In this document: positions 31,514-41,077 of the stretch, piece by piece
How positions within the stretch are numbered: position 1 is the stretch's first letter
Layout of the letters: every line of letters begins with the position of its first letter
NCBI GenBank assembly: GCA_035532075.1
Contig: DATKRV010000028.1
Location: 12,286-76,285, forward strand
DNA length: 64,000 nucleotides
Source of the DNA: Acidimicrobiales bacterium
GTDB lineage: Bacteria > Actinomycetota > Acidimicrobiia > Acidimicrobiales > Bog-793
Reading direction: 5' to 3'
Notes under the pieces: model-generated
Told to the model about the DNA's origin: nothing
Seen by the model: the letters and a program-made list of their open reading frames with translations, nothing else
Databases searched by the model: none
Program-made: the position numbers and the translations under genes

Positions 31514-31553
31514 TTGACAGCGACTCATAATGCTATATCATTGTCTTATGACA
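31514..31553 (+). promoter_or_regulatory. Promoter TTGACA-16 nt-TATCAT followed by palindrome TGTC-ttat-GACA that contains the GntR start codon
   Basis: The -35 box is at 31514-31519 and the -10 box at 31536-31541. ATG 31548 lies 7 nt after the -10, which suggests a leaderless mRNA. The palindrome at 31542-31553 is GntR-operator-like. Confidence 0.55.
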
Positions 31554-32036
31554 GTAGATAAAGCTAACAGCAGGGTGGTTCCGCGGCGAGTCTCGCCGAT
31601 CGAGTTCCGCCTCGATCTCGCTTCGGGCGTGCCGACGTACCTGCAGCTCGTCCATCAGGTCGAGCACGCGCTCCGCCTCGACTACCTCAAGCTCGGCGAT
31701 CAGCTTCCGAAGGTCCGAGACGTGGTCGCAGAACTCGCGATCAACCCCAACACGGTGCTTAAGGCCTACCGCGAACTCGAGACGAAGGGTCTCGCGGTCG
31801 GGCGACCCGGCCAGGGAACATTCATCCTGGCGACGCTCGGCCAGGTGGCACTTCCCGAACTCACCGAGCTCCGCCGTTCGCTCACCTCCTGGGTCGCCTC
31901 TGCCGACGCGGCGGGCCTCGACGAGGACGGGATCGCAGCGCTCGTCGCGAACGTGCTGCGGGATTTTCGTGAGCGTCGCGGAGGCACTGCCGACCAGCGC
32001 GGCGCAGCGCGACACGAGGCGGAGGGTGTGGCATGA
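31548..32036 (+). CDS. GntR-family transcriptional regulator (YtrA-like, short)
   Basis: LGDQLPKVRDVVAELAINPNTVLKAYRELETKGLAVGRPGQGTFI. Confidence 0.8.
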   Translation: MTVDKANSRVVPRRVSPIEFRLDLASGVPTYLQLVHQVEHALRLDYLKLGDQLPKVRDVVAELAINPNTVLKAYRELETKGLAVGRPGQGTFILATLGQVALPELTELRRSLTSWVASADAAGLDEDGIAALVANVLRDFRERRGGTADQRGAARHEAEGVA

Positions 32037-32950
32037 ACGTCATCGAGACCCACGCTCTCGGCAAGTCCTACGGTTCCACAAGAGCACTACACGACTGCAC
32101 GCTGGCGATCCCCGACGGCCATGTCGTCGCGCTCGTCGGGCCGAACGGTGCCGGGAAGTCGACTCTGCTCAACATCGCGGTCGGGCTTGCCACTCCGACC
32201 ACCGGTGATGTAACGGTGCTCGGCGGGCACCGTGCCGGCTCACTGGTCGCGCTGGACGGGATCGCGTTCGTTGCTCAAGACACGCCGCTGTACAAGAACC
32301 TCTCGGCTGGCGATCTGATTCACGTGACCCGCAATCTCAATCGCCACTTCGACCAGGGATACGCCGTCCAGCGTCTCGGCGAGCTCGGCATACCCCTGAA
32401 GCAGAAGGCAGGGAAGATGTCAGGTGGACAGCAGGCCCAGCTTGCCTTGACATTGGCACTGGCGCGCCGGCCGCGACTCCTCATGCTCGACGAGCCGATG
32501 GCGACGCTCGATCCGCTCGCCCGACATGACTTCATGGCGAGAGTCATGACCGCGGTCGCGGACGATGGTGTCTCAGTCGTGCTGTCGTCGCACGTCCTTG
32601 CAGAGCTCGAGCGGGTTGCTGACTATCTCGTGCTCGTTTCGCGTGGGACCGTCCAGATGGCGGGCGAAGTCGATGATCTACTCGCTCGCAATCGCGTACT
32701 CACCGGTCCAGCGTTGGAGTCCGAGCGTTATGCGAGCCAGTGGAACGTTGTGCACGCGACCAGTGCTGCATCACAAGCACATCTGCTCGTTCGCTTTGAT
32801 GGTCCTCCCGATCCTGTGCCCCCGGGATGGGACGCGCACTCTCTCACCTTGGAAGAGCTGACCCTCTCTTATCTCCGTGAGCCCGGCGCCGCGACACTGC
32901 CCGGCCCAGTCCGCGGACGTTACGACGAACCGTCGGAGGCGACGAGATGA
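32033..32950 (+). CDS. ABC transporter ATP-binding protein
   Basis: Walker A GPNGAGKST, signature MSGGQQ, Walker B LLMLDEP. Confidence 0.9.
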   Translation: MNVIETHALGKSYGSTRALHDCTLAIPDGHVVALVGPNGAGKSTLLNIAVGLATPTTGDVTVLGGHRAGSLVALDGIAFVAQDTPLYKNLSAGDLIHVTRNLNRHFDQGYAVQRLGELGIPLKQKAGKMSGGQQAQLALTLALARRPRLLMLDEPMATLDPLARHDFMARVMTAVADDGVSVVLSSHVLAELERVADYLVLVSRGTVQMAGEVDDLLARNRVLTGPALESERYASQWNVVHATSAASQAHLLVRFDGPPDPVPPGWDAHSLTLEELTLSYLREPGAATLPGPVRGRYDEPSEATR

Positions 32951-33981
32951 CCACATTGACCACCGTGCCCGTGCGTCCGGAGGAGGATGCAACGCTGCGG
33001 CCGGTGCCATGGCGTCAGATGGCCTGGATCACCTGGCGCCAGCATCGCTTGGCGCTGACCGGGGTAGTCACGCTTTTGGGTGCGTTGGCGTTGTACCTCT
33101 GGCGCGCTGGCCTTCAGTTGCACCACGGCTATGGCGCTGCGACCGCGTGCCGCCCTGCAAGCTCAATTGCTTGTGTGAATGCGATCAGTGACTTCATGAG
33201 CATCTACGACCACACGACGACGATCATCCCAGCGTTGCTCCAGGCAGTGCCCGCGCTGATCGGGGCATTTGTCGGAGCGCCGGTGTTGGCCCGTGAGCTG
33301 GAGACCGGCACCTTCCGGTACGCCTGGACCCAGGGATTCGGGCGTTGGCGCTGGACGCTCGCCAAGCTAATTCCGCTCGCGGTCGTGGTGGCTGCGGCCG
33401 CCGGAGTGTTCAGCCTGCTCTTCTCCTGGTACTACCAGCCGTTCATCGCTGACGGTCAATCCAACCGGCTCGGTGCCATCGTCTTCGACCTCCGCGGAAT
33501 CGCGTTCGCTTCTTGGACACTTGCCGCCTTCTCAATCGGCGCTGTGGCCGGCATCTTCGTCCGCCGCGTCGTCCCCGCGATTCTTGCCAGCCTTGCCGCG
33601 TACACCGGGCTCGCTGTCGTAGTCGGAGTATTCCTGCGTGAGCACTACCTGACGGCGCTGGTCACCAGTAGACCGAATGTGCCCGCCTCCGCGTTGATCA
33701 CGGGCAATTGGGGGACCAAGGACGGCACGGTTGCATTCGTCGGCCGGCCCCCCATCGACCTACTCCAGCAGTTCTGCCCTCCCTCCGCGGTGGGGCCGGG
33801 CAAGCCGTCGTTGGGATCATTCGCGCAGTGCTTCTCCCAGCACGGCTACACGCTCTGGACCAGCTACCAGCCGGCCAGCCGGTTCTGGCCATTCCAGTGG
33901 ATCGAGGGCGGTTGGCTGCTCGCGTTGTCGGCGCTGCTCATCGCCGCGACCGTCTGGATGGTCCGCGGCCGGGCGACCTGA
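32947..33981 (+). CDS. ABC-2-type transporter permease
   Basis: Multi-TM hydrophobic protein, translationally coupled to the ATPase gene. Confidence 0.65.
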   Translation: MTTLTTVPVRPEEDATLRPVPWRQMAWITWRQHRLALTGVVTLLGALALYLWRAGLQLHHGYGAATACRPASSIACVNAISDFMSIYDHTTTIIPALLQAVPALIGAFVGAPVLARELETGTFRYAWTQGFGRWRWTLAKLIPLAVVVAAAAGVFSLLFSWYYQPFIADGQSNRLGAIVFDLRGIAFASWTLAAFSIGAVAGIFVRRVVPAILASLAAYTGLAVVVGVFLREHYLTALVTSRPNVPASALITGNWGTKDGTVAFVGRPPIDLLQQFCPPSAVGPGKPSLGSFAQCFSQHGYTLWTSYQPASRFWPFQWIEGGWLLALSALLIAATVWMVRGRAT

Positions 33982-34214
33982 TCGTCTCATTCGCTCGTTA
34001 GGCACGTACACGCAAAAAAGGAGCCGGGAACGGTTAGCTCACGGCGTGCATCGTTCCCCACAAAGGGGCGTATCGAGCAGCACACCTCATGCACGAGGCC
34101 GGGTTGCGTCGCGACAGAACGACGGAAAGCTCGTATGGTTGGGCGTCGAGAACGAGCGCAAGTATTCGGCGTTATTTGGCAAATAGGTTCACAAAAATAA
34201 CCGTCGTTATGCGC

Positions 34215-34631
34215 TGAACCGACGCAAAACGCGATTCACGCAGATGAGTCATTCTGCGCTCGCCGGCCACACAAAGCGCCGGGCGTCGATCCCGCTGGAG
34301 ATCACTCGACGTCGCACGCGTCGGCGGAACTCCATATGTGTTCACCACACCGGATGACCGGCTCTGGCACGCGGAGAACTGGCGCGCCAACGTGTGGCGC
34401 CCTTCGGTCAAGGCTGCGGGACGGGCACCGCTTCGGCCGCACGATCTCAAACACACGGGCATTGCGCTAATGGCTGCAGCGGGTGTCGATCCTTCCGAGA
34501 TCGTCCGACGCGCCGGTCATTCCGGCGTGGCGTTCACCTACGACCGCTATGGGCTCCTCTTTCCCGAAATCGACAAGCAGGCGGCGGAGAAGTTGGAGCG
34601 AGTACGACGTTTCGGTCGCGACTGGCTTTGA
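34215..34631 (+). pseudogene. Tyrosine integrase remnant (C-terminal part, frameshifted, N-terminus missing)
   Basis: 34338..34631 reads VFTTPDD...LRPHDLKHTGIALMAAAGVDPSEIVRRAGHSGVAFTYDRYGLLFPEIDKQAAEKLE (HxxR and Y boxes). Upstream, in another frame, GHTKRRASIPLEI matches the beta-hairpin Lys box. Confidence 0.75.
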
Positions 34632-34766
34632 CCGGCGGGTGGGGGATCGCCGCGACTTGAACGTTCTGAGTAGTTCAAATTGGCCATTCGGCGTGATTCG
34701 ATTCTGCTGAAGAGAATGACACGTTCTGCTCTATCGCCTCTGTAGACGGTACATAACAATTGGAAC

Positions 34767-37223
34767 ATGATTCTCTTCCAGCCCTCCAGAGTGCAAAAAA
34801 GCGACTTCGCTCCATCTGCTGAGCGAGCATTAGAAACAACACGCCGCGGATTTATTGGAAGTAAGTGGGCGATTTATGGTGCAGCCATCGTCCTTTCCGG
34901 AATTGTCGGGTCGACCTTCGCGGCGCGGAGTGCTGCTCACGGTGCAGTGAGTAACTCGCGCATGGCTTTCGCTGCGTCGTCGAAAGAGATCTCTTCGACG
35001 TTGCAGTTGGCGATTCAGCACGAACGAGATCTGATCGTCAGCGCCGGCGGCTTTACCGCGGGCGCGCCCAATGCATCCAATTCACAATTTACGAGATGGG
35101 CAAACTCGGTTCAGGCGCGCGCTCGTTACCCGGAGCTCTTAGGCATCGGTCACTCGGTGATTGTGCCTGCGTCACAGCTCGCGAGTTTTGCGGCACGGAG
35201 CCTTGCCAACCCGGCGGGGCCACTTGGCCCTGGCGGAACATTTCAGGTGTCGCCGCCGGGAAGCCGTGCGGTCTATTGCTTTGCCGAGTCCGACTTCGCC
35301 CGTTCGATCCAGACAAAATTCCCCGCGGGCTTTGATTTTTGAGCGGGCAGTTTTGGGACCGTGCAGTTTGCGGTTCGAGACTCTGGCAAGAGCGCCTATC
35401 TTCCAATCAAGAACAAGAACTCGACGCTGCTGTCGGTAATCACTCCTGTCTATCGGGGAGGCGTCACACCGGCCACCGTCGCGGCCCGCCGCAACACGTT
35501 CATCGGCTGGATCGGGATGTCGCTTGTGCCCAACGTGGTCTTGGTCCGCGCGTTAGAGGGCCACTCAAATATCGCGGTCAAGTTCAGCTACAGCGCAAAT
35601 GGGTCGCATGCGGTGTTCACAAGCGGCGTCGCCCCTCGAGGCGCGCACTCGGTAATGACGAGTCTCCACAACGGCTGGACCGTCGAGACCTACGGAGCCG
35701 TCGCCGGCGGTGGAATCTTCGAAAACGGGGGTGCCACTCTTCTGTTGCTTGGTGGAATCGCGCTCAGCTTATTGATGGGACTATTGATCTACGTGCTCGG
35801 CACTGGACGGGCGCGTGCGAAGCAACTCGTGCGAGAGCGAACCTCGGAGCTCGAACATCAATCAGCAGAGCTCGAATATCAAGCGCTGCACGATTCGCTC
35901 ACGGGCCTACCCAATCGAGCGTTGATTCGTGACCGCATCGAACAGATGCTCGCTCGTGCTCGGCGCGACCAACTCCCCTGCGCGGCGATGTTTTTAGACC
36001 TCGACAACTTCAAAGATGTCAATGACACCCTTGGGCACAAGGCCGGTGATGATTTGCTAGTTGCTGTCAGTCAAAGGCTGAAGAGCGCGGTCCGTGGAGT
36101 CGACTCGGTTGGGCGCCTTGGAGGAGACGAGTTCGTCATCCTTGTTGAAGGCGCAACGCTCTCGGAAGGCACCGAGGCATTAGGCAACCGGATCCTCGAA
36201 GCGTTGCTGCCTCCAGTAGAGGTCGCTGATAGTCCAGTCCCCCTTTCGATTTCGGCCAGCATCGGTATCGCAACGGATAGTGGCAGCAGCACCTCCGATG
36301 AACTACTGCGCGATGCGGACATTGCTCTTTATCGCGCCAAGGCAGCCGGAAAAGCCTGCGTCACGACGTTTGCACCTGCAATGCAGGACGCGGTGAATGA
36401 ACAGCGCTGGTTAGGAGTCGAACTTCATCGAGCCTTTGACGAGCATCAGTTCTTCCTGCTCTACCAGCCCGTGATCAATTTGGCGACAAACGCCTTTGTC
36501 GGAGTCGAAGCACTACTACGGTGGCAGCATCCCGAGCGTGGTGTCATCCAGCCTGATGAGTTCATTCCTGCGCTGGAGGCGAGCGGTCTCATCGTCTCGG
36601 TCGGTGCTTGGGTACTGAAGGAAGCCTGCCGTCAAGGTGCCATTTGGGCTGGCCAAGGTCATGCCATCTCGGTTTCGGTCAACGTCTCGGGAAAGCAGTT
36701 GGAGCGAAATCGCCTGGTCGATGATGTCCACGATGCGCTCGATGCCACCGGTTTTGATCCGGTGCTCCTCATTTTGGAACTCACCGAGACTTCCATGATG
36801 GAAAATGTCGATGCGGCAGTCGAACGACTGACGATCTTGAAGTCGATCGGAGTGCGCATCGCGATCGACGACTTCGGGACTGGTTACTCATCGGTTGTCT
36901 ACCTGCAGCAATTTCCCCTCGACATTTTGAAGATTGATCGCTCCTTCGTGTCGAAGATCGTCGACTCGAAGGAGTCCGCTGCCCTCGTTCACACCATCAT
37001 CGACCTTGGAAAGGCTCTCAATTTCGAAACCATCGCCGAAGGAATCGAGGAGGAGGATCAACGATTGGCTTTACTTGACGAGCACGTCGATGCCGGACAG
37101 GGGTTTCTCTTTTCCCGGCCAATTGATGTCTCGGCAATCGAACACCTCTTCAAGGAGTCCGTCACCAGTTCTCACCCGTCAGTCGAGGTGACGAGCGCGG
37201 CGGTGACTCAGCATCAGCCATAG
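34767..37223 (+). pseudogene. CHASE-sensor GGDEF-EAL protein interrupted by one in-frame TGA (35340-35342)
   Basis: 34767..35342 and 35361..37223 share a frame. The layout is TM, a CHASE-like periplasmic domain that continues across the stop (PAGFDF*AGSFGTVQFAVRDSGKSAYLPI), TM, GGDEF (RLGGDEFV) and EAL (EALLRW). Confidence 0.65.
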
Positions 37224-37337
37224 GCCGCCTGGACGTCCTATGGGCGGGATGACATCCGATGAGCGCTTCGAACTTCGACCCGTTTGGGATTGAAGCCGAA
37301 TCAAGCCCTGTCGTGCGACCATTTTGACGGGCTGACG

Positions 37338-37862
37338 TTAGAGCCTGAAGCGAGTCAGCCCACCGGGTTCGGTCCCCAATGTCACGGTCACCGAAACTGT
37401 TTTGATGCGATAGACGCTCCACGGCGGTGGTCCCTGCGACGGCGCGTTGAACGGGGCGGTGATACCGACCCCGGTCTCATCCACTTTGGCAGGCCTCCCC
37501 TGGTCCGCCCATGCTTTGGCAAGGCGCGTCAGTGTGGCGCGGTCAGTCTCCCGCGCTGCCTCACCCTCGACAACGACGTCTGCATCGCGGATAGACACCG
37601 CGATCGAGCAGCGTGGATCCCGGGCGACATTGCGGCATTTCCGGGTACCCGATCCGGTCTGGAACCAGAAGCTTCCGTCCAGCCAGAGCGCACCGACCGC
37701 TGTCACATGGGGGCTCCCATCCTCGTTCACAGTCGAGAGCCACGTCGTTCGAGCGTTGTGGGCATCTGGAGCCGGCGGCGAACCGGCATCGAGCTTCTCG
37801 ACGATGCTCGCCCAGTTCACCGGGGGCAACCCGTCCGTCGCACCCAAGTTGATGACGTCCAT
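37338..37862 (-). CDS. Pyridoxamine 5'-phosphate oxidase-family (FMN/F420-binding split-barrel) protein
   Basis: TTWLSTVNEDGSPHVTAVGALWLDGSFWFQTGSGTRKCRNVARDPRCSIAV is typical of the PNPOx-like fold. Confidence 0.7.
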   Translation of the reverse strand: MDVINLGATDGLPPVNWASIVEKLDAGSPPAPDAHNARTTWLSTVNEDGSPHVTAVGALWLDGSFWFQTGSGTRKCRNVARDPRCSIAVSIRDADVVVEGEAARETDRATLTRLAKAWADQGRPAKVDETGVGITAPFNAPSQGPPPWSVYRIKTVSVTVTLGTEPGGLTRFRL

Positions 37863-38100
37863 TGCGTCTCCCTTCTCGCAATGTGGCGAAACTACCAGTT
37901 CGTGTTGTCCATCAAATGGTTATCGCCGGCAGAGTCATCGGACGAGGAAGGTGGAATGAACTGTGGCCTCCCCTGCCGGTGTCCCCATGTACCGATGATC
38001 GAAGCGGCCGCTGCGTATCCAATATCGCCGGAACCACTTCCCACGCGGAGCCGTCGATCTGCGCGGTTCGGTCCAGCCGAGTTGGCTGTGATTCGGCAGG

Positions 38101-38271
38101 GCGTTCTGTTCGCGCTTGTACACCCGGAATCGCGGGTCGGAGATCGAACGACTCGCTGGCTACGCCAGCGCCGCGTTCACATACGACCGCTATGGGCACT
38201 TCTTCCCAGAGGTCGACAAGCAGGCGGCGGACAAGCTGGAGGCGGTACGTAACGCCGTTCGACTCAGCTGA
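38101..38271 (+). pseudogene. Second tyrosine integrase 3' remnant
   Basis: My translation gives ...GSEIERLAGYASAAFTYDRYGHFFPEVDKQAADKLEAVRNAVRLS*. This parallels the end of the remnant at 34338..34631. A stop codon lies immediately upstream. Confidence 0.65.
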
Positions 38272-38463
38272 TTGGCAAGGCGATTTCTATCCGTTCCGGT
38301 GGACTCTCGCTTCCCGCTGCTGAGGTCCACGTCGAAGCGCTCGCCAGTCGGTGACCAGCTTTGGACCTGTTCGCCGGGATGGAGTCGTTCATCCTCGCAA
38401 TACCGGTTGGGAACGGTCCACAAAAGGTCCGCAGTGCAGCTCGGCAAGTGAGAGTCTGGGGGC

Positions 38464-38874
38464 ATGACCGATCGACCTCATATTGAGTTCGTCCGCGCAA
38501 CTGAGCTGGCGCCGAACGTTCCATACGCCTACGCGGCTGTCGTGCATAACGCGACTGAGTTCGTCTTTACGGCCGGCGCGTGCCCCCTCGACGTGGATGG
38601 TCGCGTTGTTTGCGCCGGTGATGTGAGAGGCCAAGCCGAGGCTGCAATCAAGAATCTCGAGACCGCGCTCAAAGCGGCCCACGCATCGTTGACTGATGTC
38701 GTGAAAACGACCGTTTACGTCGCGAGCAGCAACCGTGATGATCTGGTTGGGGCCTGGCAGGTCATTTCCGGAGCCTTCGGTGACCATGACGTACCCAGCA
38801 CTCTCGTCGGCGTTGCCCTTCTCGGATATCCAGATCAGCTCGTTGAGATCGAGGCGATCGCGGCAATTCGCTGA
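38464..38874 (+). CDS. RidA/YjgF/RutC-family protein
   Basis: FTAGACPLD...VKTTVYV...GYPDQLVEIEAIA matches the family pattern. Confidence 0.75.
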   Translation: MTDRPHIEFVRATELAPNVPYAYAAVVHNATEFVFTAGACPLDVDGRVVCAGDVRGQAEAAIKNLETALKAAHASLTDVVKTTVYVASSNRDDLVGAWQVISGAFGDHDVPSTLVGVALLGYPDQLVEIEAIAAIR

Positions 38875-39090
38875 AGTTGAACCTCCGGTAGGTCGGGGTA
38901 GACACCAGTTCCCCCGTGACTCGCTTCAAGTGTCCGCCGTCGTTTCTCTAGCGTGATCCGCCGTAGTCTGAGGCACGTTTGAGGCATGAGGAAGGGGTCA
39001 CAGTTGGGCCACGCCTCCCGGTACCTCCGCTAGCTGGACTACGGCACTCGTCGTTGTCCGCGAAATGGGCGCACTGGGCAGCGCACCTGA

Positions 39091-39313
39091 TGCACAAAGC
39101 GGGTCGCTTCGCTACAGAACACCGGCCACGCCGCACGGTCGAGCATTTAGAGACCCACAAATAATCGGCGATCTGTGCGCTCTTCGGCGGCTCAGCCTGC
39201 AACTGTCAAACAGCGCAAACGTTGCCGGTCAAGGCACTAGCCGCGCATTATCTGCACAAAAGTTCCCACACCTGCACAAAAAGTCAGGCATTAGGCGTAT
39301 TTCCTGTGCAAAG
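39091..39313 (+). repeat. Cluster of direct TGCACAAA(A)G repeats in a non-coding stretch
   Basis: Copies at 39091-39099, 39253-39262 and 39273-39283, plus the variant TGTGCAAAG at 39305-39313. No credible ORF lies here. Confidence 0.5.
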
Positions 39314-40052
39314 CCCCTCAGATTCTCAATAAAAGTCGGGCGGTTCAGGCATCGACGAGCGTGAGAGGGGCCGTTGAGAAGGGTGGCTGGACGGCATTTG
39401 GTTCATTCTTTGATTCCCGCGATTTGACGTAGAGATTCCGCGCGCACCGCGATGGAGGAGATTGATAGCTTATGTCGAGAAACATCTCGAATTGGTCGTC
39501 GGTAGGGGCGTTAGAGCAGGGGTTTTTCTTTTAAAAGAGGAAAATCTGCTCAGCTTGAGAGGAAACGCTATTTCTGCAAACGATGTTGCTCCTGCTGAAC
39601 TGGGTTAAATAAATGACCCACGCAATTCAGCAGATAGCGCGGGGGATCAAGCAGGGATTGCAGTCGGAAAGTCAAGGAATCCCTCGCAGCATTGGATCTG
39701 TGCATCTCACCTACTCGCCGTACCGGCGATTCTGAGAACTTCTTGAAGGCGCTGAGGGCAACGTCTGTCGGGAGGTCGGAGAATGCAAACGCGATGTGCA
39801 CTCTTGTTTTGTATCTCGTGGCGCAAGACGGCTGTTGTCGAGTGAATCTGTTGTCGAGTGAATCCTGTATTCATTGGGGTGACCAAGATCATTTCAACGT
39901 TGATGATGATCCAACTCGAGAGCGTATGTCAACGAACTGACCGCTCAGATACCGCCCAAGGACGTCGGCAACGGACATTTGAGCCGAGGGCAAGACGAGA
40001 GCATGTCGATACAGATCCATAGCGAGTGTTGTGAAGATGAGAGTCACTGGCG

Positions 40053-40981
40053 TTGTTGGCCGTTGCCTTGTCTCTTGTAGTGTTTGGCGCCTCCGCAGTA
40101 GCGATGGTTGATGCTCAGATAATCGTTCTTGCAGTCGGAACAACCAGAGGTTTGCGCTCGGCCCTTGAGGGTGTCGTCGTGGCCACCGTGGTACTCGCCG
40201 CAATCGTTGGAGCAGTTGGAGTTCCCCTTATCCAACTCGTGACGATCCCTGTTCTGCGGGTCGCTGTCGCTACGATCTCGCTCATTTTTGGATCGAGCTG
40301 GCTTCGCAAGGCAATATTGCACGCCAGCGAGCACATTGCGATCCACGATGAGGATGTCGTCTTTGAAAATACCGTTGCCTTGTCGACCGGGCAAAATGGA
40401 GAGGTCTTTCGGCGTGCGCTTCACAACGGGGTCGGATCTGTTGTTGCCTTCAGGGAGGTCATCCTCGGGGGCACTGAGGTCGTGCTCAATCTGCTCGGTC
40501 TTGGGGCGTCTGATCACCGGGCGAAGCTGGCCTGTCGCGCTTGGGGATCAGCTCTTGTCCTCGTCGTCGGGTTCGGTTTTGTCGTGGCTCATCAGATTCC
40601 GGGCGCGAAGGAGAGCGAGAGGGTGCTGGCCCTGATCGGATGCGCTCATCCAAGTCTTGATCGCGCCAACTTTCTCGCGCCAACTTTCTCGCGCCAACTT
40701 TCTCGCGATTGCGCTCGTACGTCATAGATATTCTGGGCGGGTCGCCGATCAGGTAGCGTACGGAATCCATGAGGTTCGTCTCTACGTGGGGTCAGGCGTT
40801 GCAAAGTTTTTGGTGGGACCTCCCCGTCGGAGACACCCCGGAGCTGTCTGTGGGAGTAATTTCGACACTCGGAGCTGCATTTCTCTTTCGGCTGAAACGC
40901 ACTCTCGCAGTCGACCCGGTTCTCTTTGTCGCAATATTCGTGCTCATCGTAAGCATGACGCGTGGTCGACAGCGCGCCTAA
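40053..40981 (+). pseudogene. Membrane protein gene (COG4280-like by recollection) apparently frameshifted twice
   Basis: Frame 0 is strongly coding-like (G-rich first codon positions; ...SLIFGSSWLRKAILHAS...HDEDVVF...AFREVILGGTEVVL). Family-like sequence seems to continue in frame +1 (IHEVRLYVGSGVAKFLVG) and then frame +2 (SFWWDLPVGD...). The family assignment is from memory only. Confidence 0.35.
40662..40707 (+). repeat. Perfect tandem repeat, 3 x 14 bp (CGCGCCAACTTTCT) plus a partial CGCG
   Basis: Read directly: copies at 40662-40675, 40676-40689 and 40690-40703, then CGCG. It lies at the 3' end of the frame-0 part of the membrane gene. Confidence 0.95.
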
Positions 40982-41077
40982 CCTCAGGCTATCCAGCCCA
41001 AACCAACTACGACCGCTGCGCAAGACCGTCCGGGATATCGCGAACTCTTTCTCCTTGCTGGCTTTACCCCGCTCATT

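Noticed and set aside
35340-35342. Selenocysteine recoding of the in-frame TGA in the CHASE-GGDEF-EAL gene.
   Set aside because: The position lies in a periplasmic sensor domain with no redox-motif context. I could not draw an obvious SECIS-like hairpin immediately downstream. A second gene nearby carries an in-frame TAG, which favours decay.
38948-39202. Minus-strand ORF with an excisionase/AlpA-like stretch (SAQIADYLWVSKCSTVRR).
   Set aside because: The resemblance is limited to about 15 residues. The rest is Cys/Arg-rich and non-protein-like, and it needs a TTG start with no ribosome-binding site. At most it is a decayed remnant.
40044-40517. Minus-strand 157-aa Cys/His-containing ORF that looks like a metal-binding protein.
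   Set aside because: It is exactly antisense to a plus-strand frame with much stronger coding periodicity (G-rich first positions) and a coherent multi-TM protein sequence.
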